64,000 bases of DNA from a virus. This document shows, piece by piece, positions 45,967-54,321 of this stretch. Location of the stretch: IMG/VR virus record IMGVR_UViG_3300045988_079610. One strand, 5' to 3'. The notes under the pieces are model-generated. The model was not told where the DNA came from. It did no database searches and saw nothing but the letters and a program-made list of their open reading frames with translations. The translations under genes and the position numbers were made by a program. Numbering within the stretch: the stretch's first letter is position 1; the number at the start of each line of letters is the position of its first letter.

Positions 45967-46227
45967 ATGAATATCGTAGAAGCAATTAAATGTATTAAAG
46001 CACAAAAGGCTGTACGTCGTGCTAATTGGAGTGGTGACAAATTTCTTTATTATGTTCCTGCTGCCGCTTATCCTGCTGTAACTAGTATAGCAAAATCTAT
46101 AGCAAATGATAATGGAAAAGTTTCTTATAAGGAATATATTGCTATACATTGTAAAGATGGGGAAGTCGGATTTTATACTCCCACTCAATGTGATATACTT
46201 GCAAATGATTGGATTGTTTTACCTTAA
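45967..46227 (+). CDS. DUF2829-family protein (Tad2-like candidate)
   Basis: MNIVEAIKCIKAQKAVRRANWSG ... YTPTQCDILANDWIVLP matches the DUF2829 pattern as recalled (N-terminal EAl.a.k.Gk.vrR..W, C-terminal DllaeDW.i). Confidence 0.6.
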   Translation: MNIVEAIKCIKAQKAVRRANWSGDKFLYYVPAAAYPAVTSIAKSIANDNGKVSYKEYIAIHCKDGEVGFYTPTQCDILANDWIVLP

Positions 46228-46238
46228 TTATTAAAAAT

Positions 46239-46844
46239 ATGGATAAACTTCTTGAAAAAATTAATAGTGCTGATTTTAGTAAAATATTAGTAAATAAAGG
46301 TTATGTTTATTTTACTAATGGTAAATATAATCTTAATATTATTGGTGTTCGTAGAGCAGGTACTAAAGTTACAAATCAATTTGATGATTATATAGTAGTT
46401 GAATATGTAGATATGTATGGTATTAAAACTAGAGATGTATTTCCAGCTACTACTGACCCTGGACTTAGTTCTATGACTAAACCTATGTCAACTAAAGGTT
46501 GTGCTATTCTAGTTCCTGGTCAATATAGAAGTTCTTGGATGATTGGTTATCATAAAGGTAAATATGAAGCTTTAGTTCAATGTAAACCTCTTAAAGTTTA
46601 TAGAGATAATGATAAAGATAATGTTTATGATTTAAATCCTAAAACTATTGAAGAAGGAAATTTTGGAATTAATATTCATAAAGCTGGAGATGATTCTACT
46701 ATAGTAAATGGTTGGTCTGCTGGTTGTCAAGTTTTAAAGCGTAAAGTAAATTTTGATAAACTTATGAAACTTGCTCATTATCAATTTAGTCAAGGTATGG
46801 GTGCTCGTTATACTTATACATTAATTAATGAGGAGGATTTGTAA
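46239..46844 (+). CDS. cell-wall hydrolase candidate (YkuD-like His/Cys peptidase signature)
   Basis: GINIHKAGDDSTIVNGWSAGCQVLK (H ... S-x-G-C-x-V). Followed by small membrane proteins. Confidence 0.5.
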   Translation: MDKLLEKINSADFSKILVNKGYVYFTNGKYNLNIIGVRRAGTKVTNQFDDYIVVEYVDMYGIKTRDVFPATTDPGLSSMTKPMSTKGCAILVPGQYRSSWMIGYHKGKYEALVQCKPLKVYRDNDKDNVYDLNPKTIEEGNFGINIHKAGDDSTIVNGWSAGCQVLKRKVNFDKLMKLAHYQFSQGMGARYTYTLINEEDL

Positions 46845-46987
46845 TGAAAGATTATGATGAAGTTAGAAAACAAGATGAATCTATTCGAGATGGTATAGGA
46901 TATGCTTTATGTGCTTATTTTATACTTTTAGCTGTTTTCGGTATTATTGGTATTATTTATCGTATATATTTATATGTTTCACAATAA
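46844..46987 (+). CDS. small single-pass membrane protein (holin candidate, 47 aa)
   Basis: TAATG overlap with the upstream gene, GAGGAGG 8 nt upstream, TM segment YALCAYFILLAVFGIIGIIY. Confidence 0.5.
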   Translation: MKDYDEVRKQDESIRDGIGYALCAYFILLAVFGIIGIIYRIYLYVSQ

Positions 46988-46993
46988 TGATAA

Positions 46994-47260
46994 TTTATAA
47001 TAGCTCGTATTCTTGTTAATGGTAAAGCTCAAAGTACTTTTTCTATAAAAGAATTAGAAAAAGCTATTCATAATATTTGTTCTGAAAGTGATTTTATAAA
47101 AGAAATTCCTACTCCAATAGGTACTAAAACTATTATTGCAAATAGTGTTACTTTTATATGTCCTTCACAAATACAAGAAGATATTAATAAAGAAATAATT
47201 AATAGTCTTCATAGTTATAAACCTTTTAGTAAATGTTTAATTAATAAGGAGAATTTGTAA
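46994..47260 (+). CDS. coding-like ORF without a canonical start codon
   Basis: 88 sense codons with typical NNT bias after TAA-TGA-TAA. No ATG/GTG/TTG before the last sense codon. Begins TTT-ATA-ATA-GCT-CGT and ends in a TAATG overlap with the next gene. Confidence 0.45.
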   Translation, partial: FIIARILVNGKAQSTFSIKELEKAIHNICSESDFIKEIPTPIGTKTIIANSVTFICPSQIQEDINKEIINSLHSYKPFSKCLINKENL

Positions 47261-47523
47261 TGGAAGGTTTTAATGAATTTTGCAAAGGTATATTTGTGAT
47301 TGTTATTATAGTTATTGCTATTATATCTGCTGCAAATATTACTAAATATTATCATGAGAAAAATAACAATGTTATTGAACAAGATATTGAACTACAAAAA
47401 CATAATGATAGTTTAAAAATTGAAGTTAATAATTTAGATAGTATTAAAAATGCAAAAGTTATTGAAGTTAAAACACTTGATAATGATAGTACTATTAAGC
47501 TGTTCTACAAGCTTATCAAGTAG
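47260..47523 (+). CDS. N-terminally anchored coiled-coil protein (lysis-associated candidate)
   Basis: TM GIFVIVIIVIAIISAA followed by a coiled-coil-like segment. Confidence 0.6.
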   Translation: MEGFNEFCKGIFVIVIIVIAIISAANITKYYHEKNNNVIEQDIELQKHNDSLKIEVNNLDSIKNAKVIEVKTLDNDSTIKLFYKLIK

Positions 47524-47812
47524 AGGTCAAACAATAAACTCTTCTACGGGGGGGTTTACAGATGATAGTATTAAAGTTGCTATTAATGATTTACGTAAAG
47601 CAAATATTAAACTTATACAATTAGATTATGAAAAAGATATTAATAAAAATCTTAGACAAATTATTGCAAATGATAGTGTACTTGCAGAACAAGCTAGACA
47701 AAGATATTTGGTACTGGATAGGTCGTGCAAGAAAATAAAGAAACAACGTAATATTGGAGTAGGTGTTGCTATTGGCAGCATACTACTCCTTATTATTTCA
47801 TTAATCAAGTAA
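47450..47812 (+). CDS. lipoprotein with C-terminal TM anchor (unimolecular-spanin-like)
   Basis: Signal plus lipobox-like LIMIVLLSC, C-terminal GVGVAIGSILLLIISLI. Overlaps the previous gene out of frame by 74 nt. Confidence 0.5.
   Translation: MQKLLKLKHLIMIVLLSCSTSLSSRGQTINSSTGGFTDDSIKVAINDLRKANIKLIQLDYEKDINKNLRQIIANDSVLAEQARQRYLVLDRSCKKIKKQRNIGVGVAIGSILLLIISLIK
47536..47559 (+). repeat. GC-motif copy 14 (coding)
   Basis: AAACTCTTCTACGGGGGGGTTTAC, read as N-S-S-T-G-G-F-T. Confidence 0.8.
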
Positions 47813-47814
47813 CT

Positions 47815-50094
47815 ATGGAAGAAGAAAAACTTCATATTGAAAAATATATAGATGAATATCCTTTTCGTCAATATATACTTGAAGATAAATCTCAATATAA
47901 AAGGGCTAAAGACCTTGGATTTAATGACCCTAATGATTTATTTCTTGTAGGAGAAAGTGGAGGTTTTTTAATGGACATTGAAGTAGGAGATAAGTTTGTT
48001 AATACTCATCTCCTACATGAAATGGCTGACTTTTATAATGCTAATGGTAAATATACTTTTTATAAAGAAGATTCTATTCCTCATAGACAGCTTCGTAAAC
48101 GTGAAGAATATAGAAGAAGTCATGGATATGAAGCTCCATGTTTTATGAGAAATGGAGAAGTTCGTCAATTACATATTAGTGGAGATATGTATAATTATCT
48201 AAACTATATTATAATTGAACAACTTGATGAAAAAACTATTATTCATACTAATAGAGGTTCTGTTGCTAAAAAGAAACAAGATTTTCCTAAATTTATTGAT
48301 GCTCAATTTTGGACTTTTGCTATTATTGAATTTTGTGAACTTAATGGTTTACATCTATTGATAGACAAAACTAGACGTGGAGGTTTTTCTTATATTATGG
48401 CTAGTCATAGTGCTAATAAAATAAATCTTCAGCCTAATAAAGTTTGTATTCATGTTGCAGCAGATAGTAAATATCTTACTAAACGTGGAGGTCTTACTGA
48501 TTTTACAATTAAAAATCTTTATTTTTATGAGAATAATACTTTCTTTAAAAGAGGTATATTAATTCGTTCTGATGAAAACTTTACTCTTGGTTTTAAACTT
48601 CCTAATGGAGATATTAGTCCTAAATCTTGGAATAGTGCTTTATTTAGTGCTTCTGCTAATAACAATCCTGATTGTGCTATTGGTAAGGATGCTATTAGTG
48701 TTAAAACTGAGGAGGTTTCTACAATGGAAAACTTCGATGATTATATGAATGTTACTGAACCTGCTATGCGTACTGGTAGTTATGTTACAGGTAATCTTTT
48801 TGCTTGGGGTACTGCTACTAGTGGTAATATGCAAGTATTTGAAAGAAACTTCTATAATCCTAAAAAGTTTCATTTTATGCCTTTTGAAAATGTTTGGGAT
48901 AAAGATTCTCGTAATGAAGTTTGTGGATATTTTAAACCTTATTGTTGGGGTCTTCAAGGTCAGATTGGTGATATGTATGCAATGGATAAAGATGGAAATT
49001 CTAATATAGATATAGGTCTTAGAATTGCATATAAAGAACGTAAAGAAAAGAAAGATAGTAGTAAGTCTTTTGCTGATTATATTAATTATCTAGGTCAATA
49101 TGCTAATATGCCTAGTGAATCATTTAGTTCTACTACTGAGAATATATTTACTTCTGAGAAACTTCTTCTTTGGGAAGAAACATTAAAGAATGATAATACT
49201 TATCATTTTTATACTGATGGTAAATTTGTTGAAGAAGAAAATAAAGTTATTTTTAAAACTAATGAACGTATTCGTAAAGAAGGTGGTAAACTTAATGTTG
49301 ATTATTATGATTGGATAGAAGGAGTTCCTCGTAAATCTCATGAACATCCTCATGGTTGTGTTCGTAAATGGTTTAATCCTATTAGGATTCCTGGTATCGG
49401 AATACCTGTAGGACAATATTCTATAAGTTATGACCCAGTAGGTGTAGATAAAGAAAAAGATGCTATTACAAATAAACATTCTCATAATAGTATAAAAGTT
49501 TGGGAAAATCCTACACAATATAATGGATTTAAAACTAAATTAGTATGTGCTTATTATGGTCGTCCTGACAAACTTGAAGAAGCTGATTGGATATGTTATT
49601 TAATGGCTCGTTATTATAATTGTATTGGAACTACAGGTGTTGAGGTAAACAGAGGTGAAACTGTTAGAAACTTTACTAAATGGAAAGCATTAAAGTACTT
49701 AATGAAAGACCCAGTAGAACTATGGGATAATTCAGTTAAAGCTAAAGCTTCTGCTACTTATGGAATTAATATGGGTGGTGGTGCTGGTCAAGCTGGAGTT
49801 GGTACTAAAGTTCTTGAAGGTCTTCGTTTGCTTAAAGAAATGTTATATAGTGAAGTTGGTAAAAATGAGTTAGGTCAACCTATATATGTATTTCAAACAA
49901 TATACGATTATCAAACTATTCTTGAACTTAAAAAATGGAATAGTAAAGGTAATTTCGATAGAGTTTCAGAAATGATTATTCGTGCTCTTCAATGGAGACT
50001 TACTGATATTCAAGCTGCTAAAGAACTCTCTCATAGAAAGAAAGCTACTGTAAATAATTATAAAGATGATATATTATCTAGAGGATGGTATTAA
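47815..50094 (+). CDS. terL: terminase large subunit
   Basis: 759 aa directly upstream of the portal-sized gene. Walker-A-like KTRRGGFS and nuclease-domain-like SYDPVGVDK. Confidence 0.65.
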   Translation: MEEEKLHIEKYIDEYPFRQYILEDKSQYKRAKDLGFNDPNDLFLVGESGGFLMDIEVGDKFVNTHLLHEMADFYNANGKYTFYKEDSIPHRQLRKREEYRRSHGYEAPCFMRNGEVRQLHISGDMYNYLNYIIIEQLDEKTIIHTNRGSVAKKKQDFPKFIDAQFWTFAIIEFCELNGLHLLIDKTRRGGFSYIMASHSANKINLQPNKVCIHVAADSKYLTKRGGLTDFTIKNLYFYENNTFFKRGILIRSDENFTLGFKLPNGDISPKSWNSALFSASANNNPDCAIGKDAISVKTEEVSTMENFDDYMNVTEPAMRTGSYVTGNLFAWGTATSGNMQVFERNFYNPKKFHFMPFENVWDKDSRNEVCGYFKPYCWGLQGQIGDMYAMDKDGNSNIDIGLRIAYKERKEKKDSSKSFADYINYLGQYANMPSESFSSTTENIFTSEKLLLWEETLKNDNTYHFYTDGKFVEEENKVIFKTNERIRKEGGKLNVDYYDWIEGVPRKSHEHPHGCVRKWFNPIRIPGIGIPVGQYSISYDPVGVDKEKDAITNKHSHNSIKVWENPTQYNGFKTKLVCAYYGRPDKLEEADWICYLMARYYNCIGTTGVEVNRGETVRNFTKWKALKYLMKDPVELWDNSVKAKASATYGINMGGGAGQAGVGTKVLEGLRLLKEMLYSEVGKNELGQPIYVFQTIYDYQTILELKKWNSKGNFDRVSEMIIRALQWRLTDIQAAKELSHRKKATVNNYKDDILSRGWY

Positions 50095-50110
50095 TTAAAT
50101 TAATAATGTT

Positions 50111-52537
50111 ATGATTAATATTAGAACTGATTTTCAATTTCCACAACAAAAAGTTAGTGGAGAAGAAAAAGCCAAACCTAAATGGTATGCTAATAGTATA
50201 GATTATATTATTAGTCTTGGTCAAAGTATGAATGATAGAAGTGACGATGAAATTAAACTTCGTGTACTTCATGGTGATATACCTAAAGAGTTTTATAAGA
50301 AAACTTTAAATCCTTATAATGCTAGTCAAGAAAAATATAAACATTTTCCTGCTACACTTCGTAATTATGATATAATGTCTGATATTGTTAGACGTTATAT
50401 TGGTGAATATTTTAAAGGTAATCATCAGTTTATAGTTGGAGCTAATAATCCAAATATTGTTATAAATAGAGATGCTGCTTTAAAGAAAAAAATAACAGAA
50501 GCTGCTGAACAAGCTTTTCAACAAGAATTTCAAAAAAGGTATCAACAATTAGTTCAACAAGCTCAACAACAAGGTCAAAGTCCTGATAGTGTCGACCCAC
50601 AAAATGCTATGCCTGATGCTGAAGAATTTATTAATAATTTCAATAGAGATTATATAGATAAAGAAAGCAAACAAGGTCAAGATATTCTTGATTATGTTAA
50701 AGACATGACTGATGATGTTGTTATTTATCTTACTAATTTCTTTAATTATTGTTCTCTTGGAGAATGTTATAGTTATTCTGAAATTCGTAATCATAAAATA
50801 TATAAAGAGTCTGTTCCTGTTCTAGAAGCCTATCCTATTCCAAATAATAATATGTTTGTAGAAGACCATGATATGTTTGCTCGTAAACTTATGATGTCTT
50901 ATAATCAAATAATGGATATGTTCGATAATGATTTGACAGATAAAGATAAAACTTATCTAGAAAATTATTATTCTAATTATAGAGATTCTAGTGCTACAAG
51001 AACTTTATCATATAAAGAATTTTATGAAACTTATAATAATGTTTGTGATAAGTTCTCCAAAGATGAAAGAAACTTTTTTAAACAAAATAATCTTGCTCCT
51101 TATAATAACAATAGTAATCTTTATGAAGTTTGGCACGTAGTTTGGAAAGGATTTGCTAAAAGAGGTATTCTTACTTTTACTAATGAAATAGGTATGCAAG
51201 ACCAAAGAGTTGTAGAAGAAGATTATAAATTAAATCCTGAAGCTGGAGATATTAATATTGAATGGGTTTGGGAACAACAAGTTTATGAAGGATATAGAAT
51301 TGGTACTCGTTATACTGGTATTTATCCTATTAAAGCTAGACCTATAGCATATCAACGTAAAGGTAAATTGCCTTATAATGGTATTATGGAAGTAATTCCT
51401 TATATGGGTAAGTTTAGTATTATAAGTATAATAACTCCTTTCCAAGTTCTTAGAAATATTATAGCTTATCATCAAGAAATGGTTATAGCAAAGAATAAGA
51501 TGATGATTCTTATGTTGCCTAAATCATTAATAGTAAATGATGCTGAAGATGTTATTTATAAAATGGCTGCTGATGGCACATTATTAGTAGATGATGAAGA
51601 TGATGCAGGAGGTATTAAAATGCAACAAGTTCGTATGCTTAATGCTAATATGGGTCAATATATTACAGAGCTTACTAATTTAAAAGAACAAATTAAAATT
51701 GAAGCTCGTGAACTTGTTGATATGAACGCTCAACGTTATGGTCAAATTGCTCAATCTGCTGGTGCTTCTACTACTCAAAATGCAATTAGTCAATCATCTA
51801 CAGGTTCTATTATTATATTCCAAATGTTTGATGAATTTAGACGTAAAGATTATGATAGAGATATAGATTATGCTAAATTGGCATTTATTGATGGACTTGA
51901 TGTAGCTTATAATGATAAAATAAATGGTAAGCGTCATTATCTTAGTCTTGATGTTAATAGTTTTATTAATTCTGATTATTCTGTTACAGTTCGTAATACT
52001 GCTAAAGAAGTAGATAAAGTTCAACAACTTAAACAATGGGCATTTAGTGCTGCACAAAATGGAGATTTGGAAGCCGCTCTTGCAGCTATAACTGGAGATA
52101 ATGTTTCTGCTATATCTGATTCTATTAAACAGTTTACTGAACTTAAACGTAAACATGAAGAAGCAATGAAACAAGTTGACCAACAAATTCAAGAACAAGC
52201 TAATCAAATGAAGCTAGCTGAAATTCAAGCTAAAGGTGAACAAGATAGACAAACTCTTGCTCTTAAAGCTCAATATGATTTACAACTTGAATATGCTAAA
52301 GGTGATATAGCTTTACTTGGAGACCAAGATCCAAATAATGATGCAGTTGCAACTGCTAATATTACAAGACTTCAAGAAGAAACTAAACGTGCTATTGAAC
52401 AATCTAAAGTTCAACTTGAAAGAGAAAAAATTGCTATGGATACTTATAATGCTGCTGCTGATAGACAAGTTAAACGAGAACAAATGAAGAATGATTTAAG
52501 AATAGCTAAAGCAAATAAAAACAAATATGATAAGTAA
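50111..52537 (+). CDS. portal protein
   Basis: 808 aa immediately after TerL. Q/E-rich coiled C-terminal barrel-like tail. Assignment by position and size. Confidence 0.6.
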   Translation: MINIRTDFQFPQQKVSGEEKAKPKWYANSIDYIISLGQSMNDRSDDEIKLRVLHGDIPKEFYKKTLNPYNASQEKYKHFPATLRNYDIMSDIVRRYIGEYFKGNHQFIVGANNPNIVINRDAALKKKITEAAEQAFQQEFQKRYQQLVQQAQQQGQSPDSVDPQNAMPDAEEFINNFNRDYIDKESKQGQDILDYVKDMTDDVVIYLTNFFNYCSLGECYSYSEIRNHKIYKESVPVLEAYPIPNNNMFVEDHDMFARKLMMSYNQIMDMFDNDLTDKDKTYLENYYSNYRDSSATRTLSYKEFYETYNNVCDKFSKDERNFFKQNNLAPYNNNSNLYEVWHVVWKGFAKRGILTFTNEIGMQDQRVVEEDYKLNPEAGDINIEWVWEQQVYEGYRIGTRYTGIYPIKARPIAYQRKGKLPYNGIMEVIPYMGKFSIISIITPFQVLRNIIAYHQEMVIAKNKMMILMLPKSLIVNDAEDVIYKMAADGTLLVDDEDDAGGIKMQQVRMLNANMGQYITELTNLKEQIKIEARELVDMNAQRYGQIAQSAGASTTQNAISQSSTGSIIIFQMFDEFRRKDYDRDIDYAKLAFIDGLDVAYNDKINGKRHYLSLDVNSFINSDYSVTVRNTAKEVDKVQQLKQWAFSAAQNGDLEAALAAITGDNVSAISDSIKQFTELKRKHEEAMKQVDQQIQEQANQMKLAEIQAKGEQDRQTLALKAQYDLQLEYAKGDIALLGDQDPNNDAVATANITRLQEETKRAIEQSKVQLEREKIAMDTYNAAADRQVKREQMKNDLRIAKANKNKYDK

Positions 52538-52546
52538 TAAAGTTAA

Positions 52547-52576
52547 GGTTCATCTATATGATGAGCCTTTTCTTTT
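52547..52576 (+). terminator. intrinsic terminator after portal
   Basis: GGTTCATC-TATAT-GATGAGCC followed by TTTTCTTTT. Confidence 0.7.
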
Positions 52577-52589
52577 ATGTCATGATATG

Positions 52590-52609
52590 TTATTTAATAT
52601 TTTAATTTT
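52590..52609 (-). repeat. AT-rich leader element, orphan copy d (antisense to the late block)
   Basis: + strand TTATTTAATATTTTAATTTT, identical to copies b and c. Confidence 0.6.
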
Positions 52610-52886
52610 ATTTCTAACGTGTTGTATATGAAAATCAATATAGTTATTCATTTATCAATAATAAATTAATTAGAAACAAAATAAAATACATCTATGGCAA
52701 TATTTATACCAATTATAACTTATTGATTTATGAAGCGACAACCTATAAAGATATTAATAGAAATGAAGAAGCAGATAATGTTTGAAGTCAGTAATAGGTT
52801 TTACGTGTTCATTATATAAATGCTAATCAAAATAATAATAAATATTAAATAAGTACTTATGCTTATCATAATTAAAATAAAGCTAT

Positions 52887-52894
52887 TACATTTG
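52887..52894 (+). promoter_or_regulatory. possible Bacteroidota -7 box (TACATTTG)
   Basis: Perfect TAnnTTTG 54 nt upstream of ATG 52948, inside a 410-nt gap. Confidence 0.35.
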
Positions 52895-52947
52895 CAACAA
52901 CTAACGATTGTTAGACTAATTTGATTAATTAATTAAAAGTTTTTATT

Positions 52948-54291
52948 ATGTTTGTATTTCGTAATACTTTAGGTTTTTACCAACATAAAAGACTTCAAAG
53001 TCCTGTTGGTGATATTGATTTTACTGGAGATGGTGGTGGTGTTACACCTCCTCCTTCAAATCCTCAAAATTCTCCTGATATAAATGGAGGTAAAGGAAAT
53101 GACATTAATGATAATGGAAATTCTGACAAAGATAAGGATAAAGATAATCCTGATGGTAATACAGAACCTCCTGCTAATGGTGGAGAAGGAAAAGGTGAAA
53201 AAGATAACAACCCTTCTACGGGGGAGCTTGAAGAAGGAACTAACATCGAATTAGATGGTGTGACTTATACTGTCGATAAAGATGGAAATGTTGTAGATAC
53301 TGATGGCAAAATTTTTAAAGAAGCTAAGGATGTTCAAGAATGGCTTAAAACTTTTAATGTAGATAATCAAAATCCTGAAGATAAAGAATTATCTATTGCT
53401 TCTATTCAGAAAGCTATTGGTGAAGAAATCGTTGATGAAAAAGGTCAACCTGTTGAATTTACAAATGATGTAGAGGGAGTTAAATCTTATATAGATAATG
53501 TTATTGCTCTTCGTTCTAATGAACTTCAACAAGCAGCAGTTAATAAGGTATTTAATGACAATCCTATTCTTGCTCAATTCGCTAATTATTTAGCTGTTAA
53601 TGGTTCTCCTAAAGGTTTTGGAGAAATGCCTGATAGAAGTGGTATCAAACTTGATGCTAATAATGAAGAACAACAAATTGCTATTATTAAAGCCGCTGCT
53701 AAAGAATTTGGAAATACTACACTTAATGATAATTATATTAAGTATTTGAAAGATGGTGGTGGACTTTATGATGAAGCTAAACTACAACTCCAAAATCTTC
53801 AAAATGCTGACAAACAACGTAATGAGGAATATGCTCGTAGAGCAGAAGCTCAACGTCAAGAAGAAGAAGAAGCTACTAATGCTTATTGGGAAAATGTTCA
53901 TGAAAAACTTAATTCTCATAAAATTGGCGAATATCAACTTCCTGAATCTTTTGTTCGTGAAGTAAATGGTCAAAAAATTACTACTACTATTGACGATTTC
54001 TTCAATTATATTTATAGAGCTACAGAAGACGAAGATGGAAATTATACAACTGCTTATCAAAAAGACTTAATGTCTAGAACAGCAGATGATAATATTAATG
54101 AACAACTTATTGCTGCATGGCTGACTTTTACAGGAGGAAGTTATAAAGACCTTGTGAATATGGCTGTTAGAGAAAAAGAAGTTAAAACTCTAAGACTTAA
54201 AGCTAAAGAAAATGATGGTCGTAAAACTGTTGTAATTACTAAACCAGCAAATGCTAACAAAACAATAGATATAGATAATCTAGTGTTTTAA
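52948..54291 (+). CDS. head-assembly/scaffold-like protein (tentative)
   Basis: Low-complexity G/N/D/K/P N-terminus then helical E/K/Q-rich body. Lies directly upstream of the MCP. Confidence 0.6.
   Translation: MFVFRNTLGFYQHKRLQSPVGDIDFTGDGGGVTPPPSNPQNSPDINGGKGNDINDNGNSDKDKDKDNPDGNTEPPANGGEGKGEKDNNPSTGELEEGTNIELDGVTYTVDKDGNVVDTDGKIFKEAKDVQEWLKTFNVDNQNPEDKELSIASIQKAIGEEIVDEKGQPVEFTNDVEGVKSYIDNVIALRSNELQQAAVNKVFNDNPILAQFANYLAVNGSPKGFGEMPDRSGIKLDANNEEQQIAIIKAAAKEFGNTTLNDNYIKYLKDGGGLYDEAKLQLQNLQNADKQRNEEYARRAEAQRQEEEEATNAYWENVHEKLNSHKIGEYQLPESFVREVNGQKITTTIDDFFNYIYRATEDEDGNYTTAYQKDLMSRTADDNINEQLIAAWLTFTGGSYKDLVNMAVREKEVKTLRLKAKENDGRKTVVITKPANANKTIDIDNLVF
53209..53232 (+). repeat. GC-motif copy 15 (coding)
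   Basis: AACCCTTCTACGGGGGAGCTTGAA, read as N-P-S-T-G-E-L-E. Confidence 0.8.
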
Positions 54292-54321
54292 CTTATTGTT
54301 TAACAAATAAATTTATTAATT

